Positions 36,545 to 46,976 of a DNA stretch of 64,000 nucleotides are shown here, in pieces. A program made the translations under genes and the position numbers. Source of the DNA: Candidatus Zixiibacteriota bacterium (GTDB lineage: Bacteria > Zixibacteria > MSB-5A5 > JAABVY01); NCBI GenBank assembly GCA_011056555.1, contig DSEQ01000032.1:1257-65256 (forward strand). The letters run 5' to 3'. The notes under the pieces were generated by a model that did no database searches, was not told where the DNA came from, and worked only from the letters and a program-made list of their open reading frames with translations. Position 1 is the stretch's first letter; each line of letters begins with the position of its first letter.

Positions 36545-38547
36545 TCTTTTGCTTCGATATCTACATCGATCGATAATTCCGAGGTGCCTGATTCTGTGAT
36601 TTCAACGGGCACCTTTACTTTTATATCGTCGATCATACATACGCCCGACTTATCACTGCAGAAATATACCACAGCATCAAAATCCAGTTCTGTCGTACCG
36701 GGCATGCCTGTAGTTGCAAGAGTCAATGGCAGACTTTTCGGGGATATATTCAGTTCTGACGGTTTTTGAGTGAACTCCAGGCTGCCGTTGTCTGATTTAT
36801 AATCTATCGAAAATGGAGAGTTTTCGATGTATTTGTAGCCCTCGGGAAGTCTGAGGTTGAATATTACTTTGCTGTCGCCCGCCTTGAGATTCTGTTTGGG
36901 CAGTTCCACAATACGTCCGGTGAATTCAGCCTCTTCTTCACGCTGCAGTCTTTCCAGATTCGAAAATTGCAGTGTGCTGACTGTACCGGCTTTTGTATCG
37001 ATTACCCTGATAGCATGATTATTCACATCGGCCACATATAATTTCCCATTGAGATATGTTATCCCGCCCGACTCATAAAATTTCGCATCATTCAATCTGC
37101 CGTCTTGATGGCCCGGTTCGCCGGTACCGGCATATGTGTAGCTTGTCCGCTTCTCTGGATCGATTTTCTTGATCTTGGAATTATAAGTGTCGGCGACATA
37201 CAGGATTCCATCATGGTAGACTATTCCCAATGGATGCTGGAGGCGAGCTTTGGTATGATCGCCGTCAATATCACCATATTCGAAAAGATCTTCGCCTACG
37301 ATAGTTCTGATCTCACCATCCGGATCTATATCTGCTGATCTTATCGAGCTGATTTCGCTGTCGGTGAAATAAAGTTTCCTGCCGTCGGTCGCAATTCCGC
37401 TGGGCTGAGCCAGGGCGGCCTCAGCCAGAGGACCGTCTATACGTGCCTCACGGGCCGAGCCGGCGAATGGTTTGGCTTGCAGTGTATTCAGATCGGCTGT
37501 CCATAGTTGATGTGATCCCGCCATGGCGATATATAAAATATCGCCAACCTTGACCAGATCCCAGGGAGAATTGAGACAAACATCGGTGCCTATACCGGGA
37601 ATATTGTAACGGTCGGCCTGCTCTCCGCATCCAAGGATTGTCTCCACAGTTCTATTGTCTAAGTCGGCCCTGCGGATCAAATGGTTTTCTGTATCGGCGA
37701 TATAGAGGATGTTATCTTCCATATATGTTCCCTGGGGACGATTAAATTCCGCTTCCTCGAATGAGCCATCTTCCTGACCGTTATTGCCCGAGCCGATAAC
37801 CTCAAAAATCCTGCCGTCAGGATCAGTTATAATAATTCTGTCATTATTGGAATCCGTGATAATAAGCCTGCCCGATGCGGAATCAGCTTTCACCTTGCCG
37901 GGGAATGAGAGAAGCGTGTTCAGCATTTCGGCTTTCTCAAGATCAAGCTTCAATGGCCGCGGTTCAAGTTCACCGCGGGCGGAAAAGTATTCAACTGCCT
38001 GTCCGATGATTTTATCAAACGGTTCATATATCCCCTCACCGGAATGGACCCCGATAATTTTGCCTTTGGGATTGATCAGGACGAATGAGGGCCATGCGCT
38101 GACTCCATATTTCCGCCATATCTTGAAGTCCCTGTCGTTGACAACCGGATGCTCTATACCATAGCGAAGTATCGCCTGACGGATTGCCTCGGTGCCTTTT
38201 TCATTTGTAAATTTGGCTGAATGAACTCCTATTACGACCAGTTCCTCGTCGTATTTTTCTTCGAGTTTTTTTAAATCGGGGATGACATGCATGCAGTTGA
38301 TGCAGCAGAATGTCCAGAAATCAAGAAGTACCATCTTACCGCGAAAATCCTTCAGTGCAAAAGCGCGATCAGAATTCAGCCAGTCCATCCCCTCGGGAAA
38401 ATCCGGAGCGTTAGTATTTCCTTCCAGAAAATCATCTATCATAACTTTCACACTTTCTACATCATTCTGCGCCTGAGCATCACACGCGATGACCAGGGCG
38501 GCTGAAATCAATGCCAGAAGCATAATTGTACTCGTGAAAAATCTCAT
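36541..38547 (-). CDS. secreted thioredoxin-like (TlpA/redoxin, CxxC) + NHL-repeat beta-propeller protein (NHLRC2-like architecture)
   Basis: Signal peptide, then [19 protein letters not shown] (redoxin CxxC). Multiple NHL-type repeats follow ([38 protein letters not shown] and [13 protein letters not shown]). A beta-sandwich-like tail ends the protein. Confidence 0.85.
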   Translation of the reverse strand: MRFFTSTIMLLALISAALVIACDAQAQNDVESVKVMIDDFLEGNTNAPDFPEGMDWLNSDRAFALKDFRGKMVLLDFWTFCCINCMHVIPDLKKLEEKYDEELVVIGVHSAKFTNEKGTEAIRQAILRYGIEHPVVNDRDFKIWRKYGVSAWPSFVLINPKGKIIGVHSGEGIYEPFDKIIGQAVEYFSARGELEPRPLKLDLEKAEMLNTLLSFPGKVKADSASGRLIITDSNNDRIIITDPDGRIFEVIGSGNNGQEDGSFEEAEFNRPQGTYMEDNILYIADTENHLIRRADLDNRTVETILGCGEQADRYNIPGIGTDVCLNSPWDLVKVGDILYIAMAGSHQLWTADLNTLQAKPFAGSAREARIDGPLAEAALAQPSGIATDGRKLYFTDSEISSIRSADIDPDGEIRTIVGEDLFEYGDIDGDHTKARLQHPLGIVYHDGILYVADTYNSKIKKIDPEKRTSYTYAGTGEPGHQDGRLNDAKFYESGGITYLNGKLYVADVNNHAIRVIDTKAGTVSTLQFSNLERLQREEEAEFTGRIVELPKQNLKAGDSKVIFNLRLPEGYKYIENSPFSIDYKSDNGSLEFTQKPSELNISPKSLPLTLATTGMPGTTELDFDAVVYFCSDKSGVCMIDDIKVKVPVEITESGTSELSIDVDIEAKD

Positions 38548-38635
38548 TTCTTAATCTCTCTCTCTTATTTTGTTGCCTGTATATCATACAACAATTGTCA
38601 GGATTAGTTGTTCTATTTGTTCATATGGTGGAAAT

Positions 38636-38664
38636 AAAAAAACTCCCGGCTATTTACCGGGAGT
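38636..38664 (-). terminator. rho-independent terminator, probably for gdh
   Basis: The reverse strand reads ACTCCCGG-TAAATAG-CCGGGAGT followed by T7. The repeat cluster at 38690..38817 lies between the gdh stop and this terminator. Confidence 0.6.
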
Positions 38665-38689
38665 CTTTGCTTTTACTAACGAATTAGAT

Positions 38690-38817
38690 CCTTCACTTTG
38701 TTCAGGATGACGCAACATTTGAATTGTCATTCTGAGAGAGTCCCGCCGCAGGCGAGGACGACCGAAGAATCTTTCCGATTAAACCATATCCTTCAGTGCG
38801 TTCAGGATGACGATAAT
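38690..38817. repeat. intergenic repeat cluster (family C copy 1 flanked by a direct repeat)
   Basis: The family C copy is GTCATTCTGAGAGAGTCCCGCCGCAGGCGAGGACGACCGAAGAATCT (38726-38772). It is flanked by CCTTCACTTTGTTCAGGATGACG (38690) and CCTTCAGTGCGTTCAGGATGACG (38790). Confidence 0.7.
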
Positions 38818-38824
38818 CGTCGTA

Positions 38825-40240
38825 TTACGGGAATATTCCCAGTTCCATATATGCCTGTGCTATCAGGTCAATTGCATTTATGAATGAGGCCGTCCTGAGA
38901 TCGATCTCATCATTATGCTGCTTTTTTATCTCCCTGATTTTTCGGTATGAGCCGATCATGGTCTCTTCCAGTCCGGAGTTGACCAGATCCTCTTCATCTG
39001 CGCCATGCAAAAGCGACTGCCATTCTTTGTCCGTAAATGCTTTACCGGTAGCACTTTCGATCGCCATCAAAATTCGCCTCTGGGTGGTTTCCTCGAAACG
39101 CTTGCCCATGCGTCCGAAACGGACATGCGAGAGGTTCTTCAGCCACTCAAAATATGAAACGGTAACACCGCCGGCATTGAGGTATGTATCCGGAATGATC
39201 ATTGTATTTCTTTTTTGCAGTATTTCATGGGCCTTGGCCGTAACAGGACCATTGGCAGCCTCAGCAACTATCTTGGCTTTGATCCCTGAGGCGTTTTCCT
39301 CAGTGATCTGATTTTCCAGTGCGGCGGGTACAAGGATATCGCACTCGAGTTCGAGCGCATCGTGGGTCTTCTCAATGTTTTTGGAGCCCGGGAAGTTCAG
39401 GATTGAGCCGGATTCCTTGCGATGCGCCACCACAGCATCAACATCCAGACCCTTCTCATCATAAATTGCGCCTTCATATTCCGCCAGGCCGATGATCTTT
39501 GCTCCGCCCGCCTGAAGGAATTTGGCGGCATGATACCCGACATTGCCAAGCCCCTGCACAACCACTGATTTTCCGATCAGTCCAAATGAGAGCCCGAGGC
39601 GTTTCATATCATCGGTATCGGAACAGGCCTCACGAATACCGAAGAAGACACCACGGCCAGTTGCCTCGACACGTCCCTTGACACCACCCTGGGTGATCGG
39701 CTTGCCGGTTACACATGCCGGCGCATCAAGGGTATCGGTTGAGATCGCACGATACGTATCCGCGATCCAGGCCATCTCCTGCTGGCCGGTGCCGTAATCG
39801 GGTGCGGGCACATCAACACCCGGCCCGATAAAATTCTTTTTAATAAGCTCATACGTATAGCGACGGGTGATTCTTTCCAGTTCCGCCTGCGAATACTGGC
39901 GGCGGTCGATCTTGATTGCGCCCTTGGCGCCTCCGAAGGGCACGCTTACGATTGCGCATTTGTATGTCATCAAGGCCGCCAGCGCCATAACCTCGTCCTC
40001 GTTGGCATGAGGACTGTAGCGGATTCCGCCCTTGACCGGAAGACGGTGGTGGCTGTGTTCGGCGCGCCAGGAATGGATCACCTCGATCTCGCCATTATCC
40101 CGCTTGACCGGAAACATCATATGGTAGACGCTGTTGCAGATTTTGATCTGGCGCAGAAGCCCGCGTGGATGTTTGGTGTATTGTGCGGCTTTTTCGAAAT
40201 AGTCGTTGACCTGCTGATAGAAGCTCACATTATCAGGCAT
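38825..40240 (-). CDS. gdh: glutamate dehydrogenase (Glu/Leu/Phe/Val dehydrogenase family)
   Basis: The active-site region is [40 protein letters not shown]. The Rossmann motif is GLGNVG. I prefer the ATG at 40240 after AGGAGG. Confidence 0.9.
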   Translation of the reverse strand: MPDNVSFYQQVNDYFEKAAQYTKHPRGLLRQIKICNSVYHMMFPVKRDNGEIEVIHSWRAEHSHHRLPVKGGIRYSPHANEDEVMALAALMTYKCAIVSVPFGGAKGAIKIDRRQYSQAELERITRRYTYELIKKNFIGPGVDVPAPDYGTGQQEMAWIADTYRAISTDTLDAPACVTGKPITQGGVKGRVEATGRGVFFGIREACSDTDDMKRLGLSFGLIGKSVVVQGLGNVGYHAAKFLQAGGAKIIGLAEYEGAIYDEKGLDVDAVVAHRKESGSILNFPGSKNIEKTHDALELECDILVPAALENQITEENASGIKAKIVAEAANGPVTAKAHEILQKRNTMIIPDTYLNAGGVTVSYFEWLKNLSHVRFGRMGKRFEETTQRRILMAIESATGKAFTDKEWQSLLHGADEEDLVNSGLEETMIGSYRKIREIKKQHNDEIDLRTASFINAIDLIAQAYMELGIFP

Positions 40241-40409
40241 CGAATCTCCTCCTTTTATGCCCGCAAACGGCTGCATTTATGGCCGTAATAATCTACGTTT
40301 TCAACATTTTCAATATAACATCAAATTATAACAAATGTTGCCGGTATTTAGATTTTTTTGGGAGAAAATGGGAAGGAGTGGTGAAGCTTGGAGCCGGGAA
40401 AGCTGATGT

Positions 40410-40760
40410 GGGTGCCCCATCTCCGTCGCGCCGATTTATCGGCCCGTAAGGGGTGGGATTATTGAAAACAGGAAATCCATCAGTTGTCGGGCGCCCCAAG
40501 CTTTGGGGCCTGCTGAAAAAGCCTCAATATCAGGAAAGTGTGTATTACGTCATTCCGAGGGAGTCCCGACCTTTGGTCGAGGACGACCGTGGGAATCTCC
40601 GCGTTTGCCCTTAGAATGACCGCGGAGATCGCCACGTCGCTTCGCTCCTCGCGATGACGTATTCCGGTACATTCAGGTTTATTAACAAGTCCTGACGATT
40701 GGGTCACCCGAGCCGTCGGGAATGCGTTTTCGTCATTGGCCGGATCAAAGACCCGACGGC
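40410..40760. repeat. large intergenic repeat cluster (family A copy 3, family C copies 2-4, additional hairpins)
   Basis: Family A copy: GGGTGCCCCATCTCCGTCGCGCCGATTTATCGGCCCGTAAGGGGTGGGATTA (40410-40461). Hairpin: CCCCAAGCTTTGGGG. Family C copy: GTCATTCCGAGGGAGTCCCGACCTTTGGTCGAGGACGACCGTGGGAATCT (40549-40598). On the reverse strand: GTCATCGCGAGGAGCGAAGCGACGTGGCGATCTCCGCGGTCATTCTAAGGGCAAACGCGGAGATTC (40594-40660). Paired arms: GCCGTCGGG...CCCGACGGC (40711/40752). Confidence 0.75.
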
Positions 40761-40792
40761 ACAGGGATATATTCAATACCCTAAATCTATTT

Positions 40793-43159
40793 CTACTTCC
40801 GGCTCTTTTTCTTCGGTGGTTCTAAGATAAGCTTTATGGCTTCGTCTATGGTTTTGACAAATTTGTACGTCAGCTTCTTTTTGAGTTCTTCCGGGATCTC
40901 ATCAATATCTTTTTTGTTTGCCTCTGGAAGGATAATAGTCTTGATACCTGCCCTGTAAGCGCCCAGCGACTTTTCCTTCAGCCCGCCGATTGGCAGGAGC
41001 ATACCGCGTAACGTTATCTCGCCGGTCATGGCAATTCTCGGCTTCACTGGCCTTCCGGTAAAGAGCGAGGCAATAGCCGAGGCCATCACGATTCCAGCCG
41101 AGGGACCGTCCTTGGGAACTGCACCCGAGGGCACATGAACATGAACATCGACATTTTCAAATGCCGACTCATCCAGATCGAGCTTCTTTGCAATCGTGCG
41201 GATATACGAATAAGCCGCCTGCACCGACTCCTTCATAACATCACCCAGATGACCGGTCAATGACAGGTTGCCCTTGCCCTTCATCTTGGTAGCCTCGATA
41301 AAGAGTACATCACCGCCGGTCGGGGTCCATGCCAGCCCGGGCGCTACGCCCACACGGGCCACACGTTCCGCCAACTCGCGCACGAATTTGGGCGCGCCCA
41401 GATATTTCTGGACATCCTCCGGATTGACCGTAACTTTGCCCTTCTTGCCCATTGCCACATCCTTGGCGACCTTACGGCAAACAGTGGCAAGCTCACGGTC
41501 GAGATTTCTGAGGCCGGACTCGCGGGTGTAGTTGTTGATTATATTTCTCAATGCTTTCGAGGTGAAACTCAGATCACTTTTTTTCAATCCATGTTCTTCG
41601 AGCTCACGAGGTATCAGGAATTTCTTCGCAATCTGCACCTTTTCGAGATCGGTATACCCGGGAATTCGGATGACCTCCATACGATCCAGGAGCACATCCG
41701 GAATTGTATCGAGCATATTGGCGGTGGTGATAAACATCACCTTGGAAAGATCAAAGGGCACATCGAGGTAATGATCCGAAAATGTGTCGTTCTGTTCCGG
41801 GTCGAGCACCTCCAGAAGAGCGCTGGCCGGATCACCGCGGAAATCCTTGCCGACCTTATCGATCTCATCCAGCATGAAGACCGGATTTTTTGTGCCGGCA
41901 CGTTTCAAACCCTGAATGATCCTGCCCGGCAGTGATCCGATATAGGTTCTTCTATGTCCCCTGATCTCAGCCTCATCATGCATGCCCCCCAGGGAAATCC
42001 GCTCGAACTTTCGTCCCAGGGCGCGCGCAATCGACCGTCCCAGGGAGGTCTTGCCAACTCCGGGAGGGCCGACAAAACAGAGGATAGGTCCTTTAAGATC
42101 GGTCTTTAACTTGCGTACCGCCAGATATTCCAGAATTCGATCCTTGACCTTCTCCAGATCGTAATGATCCTCATCCAGAATCTTCCTGGCGGGTTTGATC
42201 TCGAGCTTATCCTCGCTTTCTTTGCGCCACGGAAGCGAAACCATCCAATCGAGGTATGAACGCGAAACAGTATATTCCGCCGACGATGGATTCATCTTCG
42301 AAAGGCGGTCAAGCTCTTTTATAGCGGCTTCTTCAGCAACTTCCGGCATCCGTGCATCTCTGATCTTATTCTCGAATTCATTGATCTCCTCCGTGCGCTC
42401 ATCGGTCATCCCCAGTTCCTTCTGGATCGCCTTGAGCTGTTCCTTGAGGATATATTCTTTCTGGAGCTTGCCCATCTCGCTGGCCGCCTCGGCCTGGATT
42501 TTTCTGGAGAGCTCCAGCACTTCGTATTCTTTGTTCAGATGAGCGAGGAGTTTCTCGAGACGTTCACGAACACCGCTTGTCTCCAGCATCTCCTGTTTCT
42601 GCTCGACATTAAGATTCAGATTGGAGGCCACAAAGTCTGCCAGCTTGGAAGGATTCTCCTGATTTATGGCGGAGATATAATTTTCTTCCGACAGATACGG
42701 CGCAAGCTCGGTGACCTTTTTCAGAATTTCGTGCACATTGCGCGTCAGCGCTTCCAGCTTGACATCGGACCTGCTGTCTTCCTCCAGTTCCTCAACCTCG
42801 GCGGTCAGATAGGGCTCACTCGATATTATTTTCCTGAGCCGGATACGTGACAGACCCTGGACCAGAAAACGCACCGAACCGTCAGGAAACCGCAGCATCT
42901 TCAAAATTGAGGCGCTGGTGCCGATTCTGTATATATTGTCCTCATTTTCGTCAGCACTTTCGCCGGGTTTCTGGGTGAATAAGCCGATTGTTTTCCCCTC
43001 CAGAAGAGCCTCATCGACCATCTTGGCATATTTCTGGTTGCTGATCATAAGGGGCATAACCAGGTATGGGAAAACGACCATACCCTTGAGCGGCAGAAGT
43101 GTGACTTCCTTTATATTTTTCTTAAGTTCGCTTTTTACCATCTGCATTCTACCATCCAT
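40793..43159 (-). CDS. lon: ATP-dependent Lon protease (LonA), copy 2
   Basis: Same domain plan as copy 1. The Walker A is GPPGVGKTS and the protease motif is PKDGPSAG. The start could instead be one of the Met codons a few residues further in. Confidence 0.9.
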   Translation of the reverse strand: MDGRMQMVKSELKKNIKEVTLLPLKGMVVFPYLVMPLMISNQKYAKMVDEALLEGKTIGLFTQKPGESADENEDNIYRIGTSASILKMLRFPDGSVRFLVQGLSRIRLRKIISSEPYLTAEVEELEEDSRSDVKLEALTRNVHEILKKVTELAPYLSEENYISAINQENPSKLADFVASNLNLNVEQKQEMLETSGVRERLEKLLAHLNKEYEVLELSRKIQAEAASEMGKLQKEYILKEQLKAIQKELGMTDERTEEINEFENKIRDARMPEVAEEAAIKELDRLSKMNPSSAEYTVSRSYLDWMVSLPWRKESEDKLEIKPARKILDEDHYDLEKVKDRILEYLAVRKLKTDLKGPILCFVGPPGVGKTSLGRSIARALGRKFERISLGGMHDEAEIRGHRRTYIGSLPGRIIQGLKRAGTKNPVFMLDEIDKVGKDFRGDPASALLEVLDPEQNDTFSDHYLDVPFDLSKVMFITTANMLDTIPDVLLDRMEVIRIPGYTDLEKVQIAKKFLIPRELEEHGLKKSDLSFTSKALRNIINNYTRESGLRNLDRELATVCRKVAKDVAMGKKGKVTVNPEDVQKYLGAPKFVRELAERVARVGVAPGLAWTPTGGDVLFIEATKMKGKGNLSLTGHLGDVMKESVQAAYSYIRTIAKKLDLDESAFENVDVHVHVPSGAVPKDGPSAGIVMASAIASLFTGRPVKPRIAMTGEITLRGMLLPIGGLKEKSLGAYRAGIKTIILPEANKKDIDEIPEELKKKLTYKFVKTIDEAIKLILEPPKKKSRK

Positions 43160-43229
43160 AGCTTTAATGTATAAAGAAATCCTTTTTTCAATGTATAGAT
43201 ACTTAATTTAACCGGAATGTTCCATAGAA

Positions 43230-45197
43230 TTAGTATCGGAGATTCCGCAGAATCTTTTCAACTTCATTTCTGAATTCGCCGTCGGGGAATTTTTGCAGAT
43301 ACTGAGAGTAATAATCGATAGCCTTCTGATTTTGTCCGGTTTGCCTGTAGATATGGCCGAGCATAACATATGCTTTACTGTACCCGGGATCGAGTTCGAT
43401 TATTTTCAGAAATTCTTTTTCTGCTCCACGCAGGTCATTCATGTTCAGGAAAATGGCCGCTCGTTTATACCTGAATTCGGCCTCATTCTCCTTTTCGACG
43501 AAACGCAGGACCCGGTTGCTGTATTCCAGCGCCCTTTCAAAATCCTCTCGATACATGCTCGCCATGGTCAGGTATTCAAAAGCGGAATGCAGTGAATCAT
43601 TGTATTTCAAGGCTTGCTTCGAATAATATTCTATGGAGTCAATAAATCTTCTGCTGATGCTTTGATCGGTGTAGCTATTGTAGTAGAGATTATAGACCGA
43701 GGCGATATCCGTCAAGTAGCGTGGATTCTCAAGAAGCTCGAAAGCTCTTTTGTAGTTTTCGATTGCCCTGCGCAGATCTTCTTTATTGCGGTAAAAACGC
43801 TTGTAGTGACCGCCCAGTGATTCATATCCGAAAGCGCTTCGCTCGGCATGGAATTGCAGGATATGTTCAAAACGCCGATAGCTGCTTTCCAGATTCTGGT
43901 TGACCGCTATAAATGAGGCTGAGAAGATCATGGGTAGCAGGACCGCTATGCTGATTTCAGCGCGATAATCGGCTGTAATTTCTTTCGCTCTGTGCGCCAT
44001 GCGAACCGCGATAATCGCAATTACCGCCCCGGCAGGCACAAACAGATCCCAGTCCCGGGCAAATCCCAGCTTGGGGTCAATGAAAACCAGGAAGCCCAGT
44101 GATCCGCAAACGAGCAGAAATGAAAATATTCTTGCGGGAATATTGATATTATTCCAGAGCTTATGCTTTATGATGACTGGTAGCAGCAATAGCCCAAATG
44201 TTGAGGAAAGAAGTAAGTTATTTAATATATCCAGCAGGTGTGCGGGATCGAGAATCCAGTAGCCATCAGGAGTGAATGATAGAAGAAATCCCACCTCGAT
44301 ATGACCGAATGCAGGAACATAGATATAATGGAAGTAAACAAATACTGCCCCCATTACAATTAATGATATAATCCCGGTAATTTTATGCGATGGTTTAAGC
44401 TCGGGATTTCGCAGACCAAAATAGAGGAATACAAGAAATGCAGGCAATGTGAAGATGGTTGAAAAATGAGAAATAAACACTATCATGTAGACTATGCAGG
44501 CAGCGGCGAATGCTTTTCCGGTCGAGAAATATTTGTAGCTGAGCCAGACAAAAATCAGGAGGCCGATGTAAGGTATTATATAACTTTCGACATAACCGAA
44601 AAAGAACTGGATTCCGCTGATTCCGATAACAGCCAGGAGCGGGGAGAATCCTGATTCTTTTTTGGGTTTAAAAATATTGATAGCCAGTAGAATAAAGGCG
44701 CCGCCCAGCAGGCAGCTGAAAATCTGTATGCTGGCATGATTCTGGACGCCGAACAGCGGGTTCACTATTTTATAAAACAGATAGTGCAGGATTGAGGTTA
44801 ACGGCTCGGTGGATAAAGGCAGATAACCGAAACCATAGGTCAGTTCATCCCCGCGAAGCAAACCATCGCCCAGTAGATGAGTTGAGTTGCGGAATAGATA
44901 GAAGATCCCGATCGAAACTATGAATATCAGTGCTGAGACCAGGACTTTTTTGATGCTTTTAAGCTTCAAATACCTGCTCTGAATAGAATTAACCCCGCCA
45001 TTGATTCTGCCCGCAATTCCCGGCATGAAGCACAAGATAACAAGCCCGATAAAGATGATTTTGCCGTAATCGCTGAGAAATTTGAGATGGTTTATTCCCC
45101 ACAGGCGGGCATGGCCGAGAAATGGTGAGAGTGCGAAGACGAGAGCAAATAATGCCAGCCAGATTAACAGGGGCTTGTTTTTATATTTTGAATCCAA
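43230..45197 (-). CDS. polytopic membrane protein with C-terminal TPR repeats (possible PMT/ArnT-like glycosyltransferase; function uncertain)
   Basis: About 430 N-terminal residues carry at least 10 hydrophobic helices. The C-terminal ~220 aa has TPR-like repeats (AIENYKRAFEL, ALEYSNRVLRF and AEKEFLKIIELDPGYSKAYVMLGHIY). Confidence 0.65.
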   Translation of the reverse strand: MDSKYKNKPLLIWLALFALVFALSPFLGHARLWGINHLKFLSDYGKIIFIGLVILCFMPGIAGRINGGVNSIQSRYLKLKSIKKVLVSALIFIVSIGIFYLFRNSTHLLGDGLLRGDELTYGFGYLPLSTEPLTSILHYLFYKIVNPLFGVQNHASIQIFSCLLGGAFILLAINIFKPKKESGFSPLLAVIGISGIQFFFGYVESYIIPYIGLLIFVWLSYKYFSTGKAFAAACIVYMIVFISHFSTIFTLPAFLVFLYFGLRNPELKPSHKITGIISLIVMGAVFVYFHYIYVPAFGHIEVGFLLSFTPDGYWILDPAHLLDILNNLLLSSTFGLLLLPVIIKHKLWNNINIPARIFSFLLVCGSLGFLVFIDPKLGFARDWDLFVPAGAVIAIIAVRMAHRAKEITADYRAEISIAVLLPMIFSASFIAVNQNLESSYRRFEHILQFHAERSAFGYESLGGHYKRFYRNKEDLRRAIENYKRAFELLENPRYLTDIASVYNLYYNSYTDQSISRRFIDSIEYYSKQALKYNDSLHSAFEYLTMASMYREDFERALEYSNRVLRFVEKENEAEFRYKRAAIFLNMNDLRGAEKEFLKIIELDPGYSKAYVMLGHIYRQTGQNQKAIDYYSQYLQKFPDGEFRNEVEKILRNLRY

Positions 45198-45244
45198 TTA
45201 TCTTAATATCTGCTCCATCAAGAAATTGAGATTATGCAGCCCAA

Positions 45245-46066
45245 TCAAAATATCTCGAACTCGGAGAGTTCGCGGTTCAGGCGCTGTACCTCCTCGCGCG
45301 CCTTTTCGGCGAAGTCCACGCCATCGGATGCGTAGATAACCGAACGGCTGACATTGATGAGCGCGATCGATTTTCCATTGTCGGTGCCGAACCTGGCGGA
45401 TGCCTCCAGGTCGCCTCCCTGGGCTCCGACCCCCGGGATCAGGAAGGGAAGATTGCCGGAAATGTTGCGCATCTCTTTGATCTTGTCCGGATGCGATGCC
45501 CCTACCACAAGACCGAGGTTATCACTTTTATTCCATTTCTGCACATTTTCAGCCACAATCTCGTAAAGCGGCTTGCCTTCAACATTTCGAAGCTGGAAAT
45601 CCTGAGAGCTGGGATTGGAAGTCAGCGCCAGCACAAACGCAAATTTGTCCTTATATTCGAAAAACGGTGCCAGCGAATCCTCTCCCAGATAGGGTGAGAC
45701 TGTAACCGCATCTCCTTCCAGGTATTCGAAGACCGCCCTGGCATACATGCGCGAGCTGTTGCCGATGTCGCCGCGTTTGGCATCCACAATTACGGGGACC
45801 TCCGAAGGGACGGCCGTAATTGTCGCCTTCAGTATTTCCATCCCATTCGGCCCCAGCGCTTCGTAGAAAGCGGAGTTTGGCTTATACGCCACGCAAATGT
45901 CGGAGGTAGCCTCGATGATAAGTTTGTTGAATTCCAGTACGGGATTTTCTGTCGATTTCAGATGATCTGGAATTTTATCCGGGTCGGTGTCAAGCCCGAC
46001 ACATATCAGGCTCTTACGTTCCTTGACAAGCTGGGAAATTCTTTCCTTGAATTTCATGATTACCAC
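45245..46066 (-). CDS. pyrF: orotidine 5'-phosphate decarboxylase (type 2)
   Basis: Motifs LICVGLDTD, VIVDAKRGDIGNS and PGVGAQGG. Confidence 0.9.
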   Translation of the reverse strand: MVIMKFKERISQLVKERKSLICVGLDTDPDKIPDHLKSTENPVLEFNKLIIEATSDICVAYKPNSAFYEALGPNGMEILKATITAVPSEVPVIVDAKRGDIGNSSRMYARAVFEYLEGDAVTVSPYLGEDSLAPFFEYKDKFAFVLALTSNPSSQDFQLRNVEGKPLYEIVAENVQKWNKSDNLGLVVGASHPDKIKEMRNISGNLPFLIPGVGAQGGDLEASARFGTDNGKSIALINVSRSVIYASDGVDFAEKAREEVQRLNRELSEFEIF

Positions 46067-46976
46067 CCAATTTTCCTATTAATTCGGATATATCAGATAT
46101 ACCCGTTTGTTTTAAATAATCGGTCAGACCTTCGGCAGCTTTTACCGTGCAGTCGGGATTTATGAAATTGGCCGTTCCGAACTGAACCAGCGAGGCTCCC
46201 ACGATCATGAATTCGGCCACATCAAAATGGTTCATTATCCCGCCAATTCCGATCAACGGGATCTTCACAGCATTATAGACCTGCCATACCTTTGCCAGGG
46301 CTACGGGTTTTATTGCCGGACCCGATAATCCTCCGGTAATATTGGTTAAAATCGGCTTGAAAGTCCAATGATTTACTCCCATGCCGACCAGAGTGTTAAT
46401 GAGCGAGAGACAATCGGCTCCGCCTTCCTCGGCCGCTCTGGCGATCTCCGCTATGCTGGTGACATTGGGAGAAAGCTTTATTATCAGCGGATAGCGTGAA
46501 ATCTTTTTGAGCGCGGTCGTTAATTCGCTGGCCCGTCTGACGCTGGACGAAAACTCCAGGCCGTCAGCGCCGACATTGGGACAGGAGATATTGATCTCAA
46601 GCATATCGATGCCGTCTGTGTCATTCAGCCGTTCCACTGTATAAGTATATTCCTCAATAGAGAAACCGGCCACATTAACGATAATGCGCGTATCCAGAGT
46701 CTTCAGAAAGGGGATTTTTTCCTCGATGAATTTATCCACGCCCACATTGGCAAGACCGATGGCATTAAGCATACCCGCTGCGGTTTCATGTGTTCGCGGC
46801 GGGGGATGGCCGGGTCGGGGATGTTTGGTTATTGATTTTGTAACTATCCCGCCCAGTTTGGAAAGGTCGATGATCTGGTTGAACTCTTCGCCGTAGCCGA
46901 ATGTGCCCGAGGCGGTCAAAATCGGGTTTCTGAACCTGATTCCGCAAATTTCGATCGAAAGATTGGCAATACTCAT
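46014..46976 (-). CDS. pyrD: dihydroorotate dehydrogenase, catalytic subunit (class 1B)
   Basis: Motifs F.NPILTASGTFGYGEEF, EINISCPN and LIGIGGI. An ATGA overlap joins it to pyrK, and its 3' end overlaps pyrF. Confidence 0.9.
   Translation of the reverse strand: MSIANLSIEICGIRFRNPILTASGTFGYGEEFNQIIDLSKLGGIVTKSITKHPRPGHPPPRTHETAAGMLNAIGLANVGVDKFIEEKIPFLKTLDTRIIVNVAGFSIEEYTYTVERLNDTDGIDMLEINISCPNVGADGLEFSSSVRRASELTTALKKISRYPLIIKLSPNVTSIAEIARAAEEGGADCLSLINTLVGMGVNHWTFKPILTNITGGLSGPAIKPVALAKVWQVYNAVKIPLIGIGGIMNHFDVAEFMIVGASLVQFGTANFINPDCTVKAAEGLTDYLKQTGISDISELIGKLGGNHEIQGKNFPACQGT

Noticed and set aside
40480-40776. 98-aa minus-strand ORF (contains ...HREERSDVAISAVILRANAEI...)
   Set aside because: It is a translation of the family C repeat elements. 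Peptides of this kind are known artefacts of palindromic intergenic repeats.
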